A stretch of DNA of 61,996 bases, filler included, from Limisphaerales bacterium (GTDB lineage Bacteria; Verrucomicrobiota; Verrucomicrobiia; Limisphaerales; SIBE01): NCBI GenBank assembly GCA_044225505.1. It is 4 parts of 4 records of this genome, joined end to end, with 100 filler letters (N's around TTAATTAATTAA, not from the genome) between each part and the next. Parts side by side here need not be neighbours in the genome. Positions count along the whole stretch, not along the records: positions 56,660 to 59,387 come from JBGAIN010000334.1; positions 59,488 to 61,996 come from JBGAIN010000336.1; 2 more parts are not named here. One strand, 5' to 3'. Positions 56,920 to 61,996 of the stretch are shown here, piece by piece; the first letter of the stretch is position 1; the number at the start of each line of letters is the position of its first letter. The translations under genes were made by a program, and so were the position numbers. The notes under the pieces are model-generated. The model was not told where the DNA came from and did not search any database. It worked only from the letters and a program-made list of their open reading frames with translations.

Positions 56920-57396
56920 ATGTCTTGGGCTAATATTAAGGAGCTGATTTTTCAAGAACGTAAGTTGCTTGATACTTCGACAGTCCCAGATTTCCTGCCG
57001 GAAAACGCGTTTGAGACCCAGCATAGTGCGCTGCTGGCTTCCTATTTGCGAACAAAGCCCAACGTCGACGCGGTGATCATCAGCTTTGCGCAAACCCTGG
57101 AGTGGCCCGAGATGACGCCTCTCGAACGATTCTTCGTCAACGCACGGCTCGATTTCGCGTGGGAGATCGCCTCTGTGTTGAATACAACGCGCGAGGGTGA
57201 AATGCTGATTGCCTATCCCGCTTCCGAACGCTCGACGACCGCGCAATTGCTCGAATGGTTGCTCGTTGAGATTTGGCCGTATGGCTGCAGCCGATTTCTC
57301 CAGTCCCAGAGATGGCAGGTGGAGCAAACGCCGATACCCCGCAAGCAACCGACCCGGGGGATGCCAGAAGTCGCCAATGCGAGCTGCGTTGCCTAA
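56920..57396 (+). CDS. Hypothetical protein
   Basis: 158-aa ATG ORF filling the space between the MITE and uvrA; no recognised motif. Confidence 0.5.
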   Translation: MSWANIKELIFQERKLLDTSTVPDFLPENAFETQHSALLASYLRTKPNVDAVIISFAQTLEWPEMTPLERFFVNARLDFAWEIASVLNTTREGEMLIAYPASERSTTAQLLEWLLVEIWPYGCSRFLQSQRWQVEQTPIPRKQPTRGMPEVANASCVA

Positions 57397-57416
57397 GGCG
57401 ATTTGCGGTAGCCGCT

Positions 57417-59387
57417 CTAAGAGTTCTTCCGGCTGCCAACACCGATTGACCGTAGACTTTGCCCGGTGTGACTGAGGTCACATTCGGCGACCGTTTCAGG
57501 AGTTCCTTCAACGACGAGGTGCCCCCCCTCGTCCCCACTGTCCGGACCAAGATCGATCAACCAGTCCGCACATTTGAGCAGGTCCAGATTGTGTTCGACC
57601 GCGACCACGGAATGCCCCTGGGCAACCAGGCGCTGAAAAACGGAGACCAATACACGCACGTCTTCGAAGTGCAGTCCCGTGGTCGGTTCGTCAAAGAGGA
57701 ACAACGTCGGTTTGACGATCTTCGCTTGCGCGGCCGCGAACTCCGCAAGATGACTGACGAGCTTGAGTCTTTGACTCTCGCCCCCGGACAGCGTGTTGAT
57801 GGGCTGGCCCAAGCGGAGATAGCCCAAGCCGACATCCTGGAGCCAGCGCAACCGATCCGCGGCGCGCTGGGCCGCGCGCGATCCTGAATAGCCGCGCAAA
57901 AACTCGATGCTCTCATCGACTGTTCTCTCCAGTAAATCCGCAATGCTGAGCCCGCTCTCTCGCGGCGCGGTTTTCTTCTTTTGACCCAGACCGGGTGGAG
58001 GAACTGCCGCCTGAGGGCCCTCGCTATCCTGCAGGGGCAAGCGCACATTGAGGATGTGTTCTCGGTATCGCCGTCCCTGGCAAGCCGAACACTTCACGAA
58101 AATGTCGCTCAGGAATTGCATCTCGATCTTCTCAAACCCAGCTCCGCGACAGAGGTCGCATTGGCCCTGTGCTGAATTGAAACTGAATGCGCTGGCACCC
58201 AGGCCCTGCTTCCGGGCCGTATCCGATTCCGCGAAGAGCTCACGGATGTGGTCGAACGCGCCGATGTAAACCGCCGGGTTGGACCGGGGCGTTTTGCCGA
58301 GCGCAGATTGGTCGACTAGAATGACGCGGCCGAGAGCTTCGGCCCCCCGCACCGTCTGTGAGCTGGTACCGTCGCCTGCCTCTGCGTCGTCCTCATCCGA
58401 ATCCTCCAATTCCGCGCCACTTTCGGGTTCCCCGGCGACCGTATTCAAGAAGGACCGGTTTAACGCGGGCAAGACCACATCGCGCACAAGCGTCGTCTTC
58501 CCCGAACCACTGACGCCGGTAATGCAAACAAATCGCTCCAAGGGTATTTCCACGCTGAGGCCGCGCAAGTTATGGCAGGTCGCCCCGATCACTTTTAGAG
58601 TTGGACAGAGCCACTCCGACGTAGAATTTCTGTCCTGGACCGGTTTGCGAACGGGCCGACGCGCGGGAATCTCAATCCGACGCGTCCCGCTAAGATATTG
58701 GCCGGTGATCGATTGGGGACATTTCAGAATTTCGCGGTGAGTTCCCTGGAAGACCAAGGAACCGCCCGCTTCGCCGTGTCCAGGTCCGAGGTCGATGAGT
58801 TGGTCGGCGGCGTTCATGACACTGGATTCGTGTTCCACCACCACCACGGTGTTGCCAGAGTCGCGCAAACGCTCCAGGATGCGAATGAGCCGCCGAGTGT
58901 CTCGCGGGTGTAATCCCACAGTCGGTTCATCAAGGACGAACAGCGTGTTAACCAGGCGCGACCCCAGGCAAGTCGTAAGGTTAACGCGCTCCGTTTCACC
59001 GCCGGACAGAGAGCGTGTGGGCCGGTCCAGGGTCAAGTAGCCAAGTCCCGCTTCCTCCAAGTACTGCAATCGAGATCGCACTTCTTCGAGGGCCAGTCGG
59101 AGTGGATCGGAACCGCCGCGTTTCGTTTGCTGGGTAAACCACCCTTGGACAAATTCCAGGGCTTGGCGGATCGATAAACCGTAGAAATCGGCCAGCGTCA
59201 TGAAAGCACCGGCGACAGAGACCTTGAACAAAAGCGAGTCCGGCTGAAACCGGCGCCCCGAACAGTCTCGGCAGGGTTGGTAGGTCCGATAGCGGGAGAG
59301 CAACACGCGCACGTGCATTTTGTAAGCGCGCGATTCCAACCAGCGAAAATAACCCTTGATCCCGTACCAAGCGTGGGGAAACTCGTG
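57417..59387 (-). CDS. uvrA: Excinuclease ABC subunit UvrA, 3' part (5' end lost in the gap; probably the double-length type)
   Basis: 'LSGGE' signatures, 'GVSGSGKT', 'TPRSNP', Zn-finger Cys pairs, 'DEPTTGLH'; 'YKMHVRVLLSRYR' recalled from duplicated UvrA proteins. Confidence 0.93.
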   Translation of the reverse strand, partial: HEFPHAWYGIKGYFRWLESRAYKMHVRVLLSRYRTYQPCRDCSGRRFQPDSLLFKVSVAGAFMTLADFYGLSIRQALEFVQGWFTQQTKRGGSDPLRLALEEVRSRLQYLEEAGLGYLTLDRPTRSLSGGETERVNLTTCLGSRLVNTLFVLDEPTVGLHPRDTRRLIRILERLRDSGNTVVVVEHESSVMNAADQLIDLGPGHGEAGGSLVFQGTHREILKCPQSITGQYLSGTRRIEIPARRPVRKPVQDRNSTSEWLCPTLKVIGATCHNLRGLSVEIPLERFVCITGVSGSGKTTLVRDVVLPALNRSFLNTVAGEPESGAELEDSDEDDAEAGDGTSSQTVRGAEALGRVILVDQSALGKTPRSNPAVYIGAFDHIRELFAESDTARKQGLGASAFSFNSAQGQCDLCRGAGFEKIEMQFLSDIFVKCSACQGRRYREHILNVRLPLQDSEGPQAAVPPPGLGQKKKTAPRESGLSIADLLERTVDESIEFLRGYSGSRAAQRAADRLRWLQDVGLGYLRLGQPINTLSGGESQRLKLVSHLAEFAAAQAKIVKPTLFLFDEPTTGLHFEDVRVLVSVFQRLVAQGHSVVAVEHNLDLLKCADWLIDLGPDSGDEGGHLVVEGTPETVAECDLSHTGQSLRSIGVGSRKNS

Positions 59388-59487
59388 NNNNNNNNNNNNN
59401 NNNNNNNNNNNNNNNNNNNNNNNNNNNNNNNTTAATTAATTAANNNNNNNNNNNNNNNNNNNNNNNNNNNNNNNNNNNNNNNNNNNN
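59388..59487. other. Assembly gap / artificial contig linker
   Basis: N44-TTAATTAATTAA-N44. Confidence 0.98.
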
Positions 59488-59489
59488 CG

Positions 59490-59972
59490 ACGTTCCGAAC
59501 AATCACCGCCAACCTCACCATCCGCCGGAAATCATCCCGAATGATCGAAACCTCCGAAGAGGTTCCCATGAATACTGCCGACCAAATCGCAGTCAGCGGA
59601 ACGCTCGATAACGGGGCTTTCATTTCCACTCACTTCCGCGGCGGGCTCTCCAAGGGCACCAATTTCCATTGGGAGATCAACGGCACCAAGGGCGACCTGA
59701 TTGTCACCAGCCCCGTTGGATATATTGGGGTGGGAGGTTTTAGGATTCTGGGAGCGAGCGACTCCGCTTTACAGGAGCTCGTAGTGCCCGAAAAGTATGG
59801 TGCTGGGGTGAGCGAATTGGGTCTCGCCCACAATGTGGCGTTGAACTACGCCCGCTTCGCGAGAGACCTGAAGACAGATTCGCACGTAAGTCCCACCTTC
59901 GATGACGCCGTCAAACTCCATCGACTGATTCACCAGATCGAAATGAGCGCCGAGCAAAACCATGACGAATAG
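59490..59972 (+). CDS. Gfo/Idh/MocA oxidoreductase, C-terminal fragment (5' end in the gap)
   Basis: Frame open from the contig edge; 'ADQIAVSGTL..GA..S.HFRGG', 'WEINGTKGDL', 'PTFDDAV.LH'. Confidence 0.8.
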   Translation, partial: TFRTITANLTIRRKSSRMIETSEEVPMNTADQIAVSGTLDNGAFISTHFRGGLSKGTNFHWEINGTKGDLIVTSPVGYIGVGGFRILGASDSALQELVVPEKYGAGVSELGLAHNVALNYARFARDLKTDSHVSPTFDDAVKLHRLIHQIEMSAEQNHDE

Positions 59973-60830
59973 AATGAAACGTTTGGAGGTCGGCGAACCC
60001 GGGATCGATGCCATGCAGTTGGTCGATGACGCTCGCCCCGAGCCTTTGCCAGGCGAGGTACTGGTGAAAGTCCTGGCGGTCGCTCTCAATTATCGAGACA
60101 TGGCCATTCTGCAGGGTACGAGGGGAGCGTGGAGTTCGCATTGTCCCGGCTCGGACATGGCGGGAAAAGTCATCGCCGTTGGCGCGGACGTGACCCAAAT
60201 TTCGAGTGGAGACCGCGCCGTTAGCCTGGACATTTCCAATTCGATCGACGGGCCCGCCCCGCAGGAAGGCACGAACAACGCGCTCTTTTTTGGCCGGTTG
60301 GCCGACTAAGCCACGGTTTCCTCCGAGTTGCTCGTGCACGCGCAGACCTCGCTCGATTTCGCAGCAGCTAGCACCTTGGCGGTGGCCGGTCACACGGCCT
60401 GGTTCGCCGTCGTGGAACTCGGTCACGTTCGCGCCGGGGAAGCGGTCGTGACTCAAGCAACCGGCGGAGTTTCCTTGTTCGCCGTCCAGTCTGCCTGCGT
60501 GCATGGGGCACGAGTGATAGTTGTTTCGAGTTCCTCGGAGAAACTGGATCGCCTTCAGAAACTCCATCCGATTCAGGGCATCGGCCGAAGTCGCAACCTG
60601 AGTGGGATGCCCAGGCGCTCGACTGGACCGGCGGCCACAGCGTGGACCATAGTCTCGAAATGGCAGGCGATGATATCACCCGCATGCCGAATGCTTACGC
60701 ATCGGTGAGAGCATTGCCGTGGTCGGACTTCTTGCACATGAAGAATTGCCCGTCCCAATCCTGCCCATCCTCCTCAAACGAGCCCAACTCATCATCATTG
60801 GTGTCGGACATCGCCGCGCCATGGAGAATA
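59962..60830 (+). pseudogene. MDR-family (zinc-type alcohol dehydrogenase / quinone oxidoreductase) pseudogene
   Basis: 'GEVLVKV.AVALNYRD', 'PGSD.AG.V'; in-frame TAA at 60307; 'TQATGGVSLFAVQ'; frameshifts near 60590 ('PEWDAQALDWTGG') and 60700 ('IAVVGLL...GVGHRRAME'); C-terminus missing. Confidence 0.85.
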
Positions 60831-61006
60831 ACCGTCTCTCGATCCGTCTTTTCATCCCCAGGACTCCAAACACGGCCGCACTGATGGCCCAATCAGACGC
60901 GCTCCGCAAAATGCCGTTGCCTCGTAGAGCCCAAACTCACGCTGTTGGAATTAGCTTGCGGTCACCAGAGCAAACCGTCAGTGCTGAGGAAGCACATCCT
61001 GGGTCT

Positions 61007-61795
61007 ATGGCAAACGGAGATTCAACCTGGACGGTCACCAGAGTTCGGGCGAGCGGCCTGGCGCGAAACCGCGTGGCTGGAAGGCTCCACCCCTGCCGGA
61101 TCGCTTTTACCCTGATTGAACTGCTGGTCGTGATCGCGATCATTGCAATCCTGGCGGGGATGCTCCTGCCGGCATTGGCTCGGGCGAAAGCAAAGGCCAA
61201 AACCATTCGCTGCACCAGCAATCAAAGACAGATCGTTTTTGGCTACCTGCTCTATGCTGAGGACAATTCGGATTTCCTGCCCGTCGCTGGTTCACCTGAT
61301 TTATCCCAGGGCGCCGGTTGGGTGGCACCGAGCCGATGGTTTCAAGAGATCAGCCCTTACGTCTCGCGCGGTGGCGAAACGAACTACAAACAAATGGTCG
61401 CGGGGGACAAAGTGGTTGCTTGTCCGTCGGCCTTGATCGCCAAAGCCATTCCAACGAATGTCCCGGGATGGCAGGGCTACGGGGGTTACGGACATAACTT
61501 TGCTTATTTGGGCTATACACCGGAGGACAGGAAAAAGATGTCGATTGTCACCAAGCCAGTCGAAACGTGCATGAACGGGGACGGACTTGATCCAGGCAAA
61601 GGCATCAACTGGTGGGAATTAGGCTACTTGTATCCACCTAAGGTCGCTGCGATACCGCCAGAGCGAAAATACATCCGACATGGCAAAGGCGGCAATTACT
61701 CGTGGGTCGACGGCCATGTCTCTCTGACTGCATGGAAGGTGATGGTGGCGGGAGTGGGTGGAAAAGTAGATTGGTTCTATCAACCTGCCCCGTAA
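61007..61795 (+). CDS. Prepilin-type N-terminal cleavage/methylation domain protein with H-X9-DG motif (DUF1559-like)
   Basis: 'AFTLIELLVVIAIIAILAGMLLPAL', 'C.SN.RQ', 'RHGKGGNYSWVDGHV'; start ATG 61007 is tentative. Confidence 0.92.
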   Translation: MANGDSTWTVTRVRASGLARNRVAGRLHPCRIAFTLIELLVVIAIIAILAGMLLPALARAKAKAKTIRCTSNQRQIVFGYLLYAEDNSDFLPVAGSPDLSQGAGWVAPSRWFQEISPYVSRGGETNYKQMVAGDKVVACPSALIAKAIPTNVPGWQGYGGYGHNFAYLGYTPEDRKKMSIVTKPVETCMNGDGLDPGKGINWWELGYLYPPKVAAIPPERKYIRHGKGGNYSWVDGHVSLTAWKVMVAGVGGKVDWFYQPAP

Positions 61796-61996
61796 CGCTA
61801 CGAAAGCGCGAGGAATTGGCGGAGGCGAGTCTGAGATGCAATTGCCCGTTCAAACCGCATTTTCGGGACGGCTTTAGTCCGCCAGCTGCCATTGATCACT
61901 CTCAGGCCCTCGGTTGGCGACCCGAGTCCCGCCGCAGAAAGGCCGGGGTTGAACCCCGACCGCACTATCTAGGATGCCCCGGCATGGGAGCTTCCA

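Noticed and set aside
60307..60309. Stop-codon readthrough or recoding in the MDR gene
   Set aside because: The codon is TAA at an expected Tyr and further frameshifts follow; decay is the simpler explanation
61905..61965. tRNA-like T-arm (GGGGTTCAACCCC on the minus strand)
   Set aside because: Hairpin loop geometry is wrong and no acceptor, D or anticodon arms could be built

Overview
A GC-rich bacterial scaffold whose gene content points to Verrucomicrobiota, probably a Pedosphaerales/Limisphaerales-type lineage (PVC-type CxxCH/HEAT protein, H-X9-DG prepilin-like protein, lamin-tail/CotH and FG-GAP/ASPIC proteins); this placement is an inference. Four contigs are joined by artificial 100-bp N44-TTAATTAATTAA-N44 spacers at 27627, 56560 and 59388. 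Contig 1 holds carbohydrate/redox enzymes, a minus-strand run of large secreted proteins, an orphan HicB-like gene and a degenerate RAYT/IS200-like element with tandemly duplicated inverted ends. Contig 2 holds housekeeping genes (ROK kinase, EVE, VOC, HAD, ltaE, lgt, hemA), a 283-bp MITE, a TPR-AAA+/TPR-membrane pair and a frameshift-broken giant surface protein with a Gly-rich partner. The main find is also in contig 2: a 37-heme-motif cytochrome locus (monoheme c, ImcH-like heptaheme, two multiheme/cytochrome-b fusions of CbcL type, and a nonaheme cytochrome) with no porin. The nonaheme protein begins with a small beta-domain resembling one at the termini of four other secreted proteins in the window, suggesting a lineage-specific export route for extracellular electron transfer. 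Contig 3 has a second MITE copy and the 3' part of uvrA. Contig 4 has an oxidoreductase fragment, an MDR-family pseudogene and a prepilin-type gene. Several local frameshift clusters look like sequencing errors.
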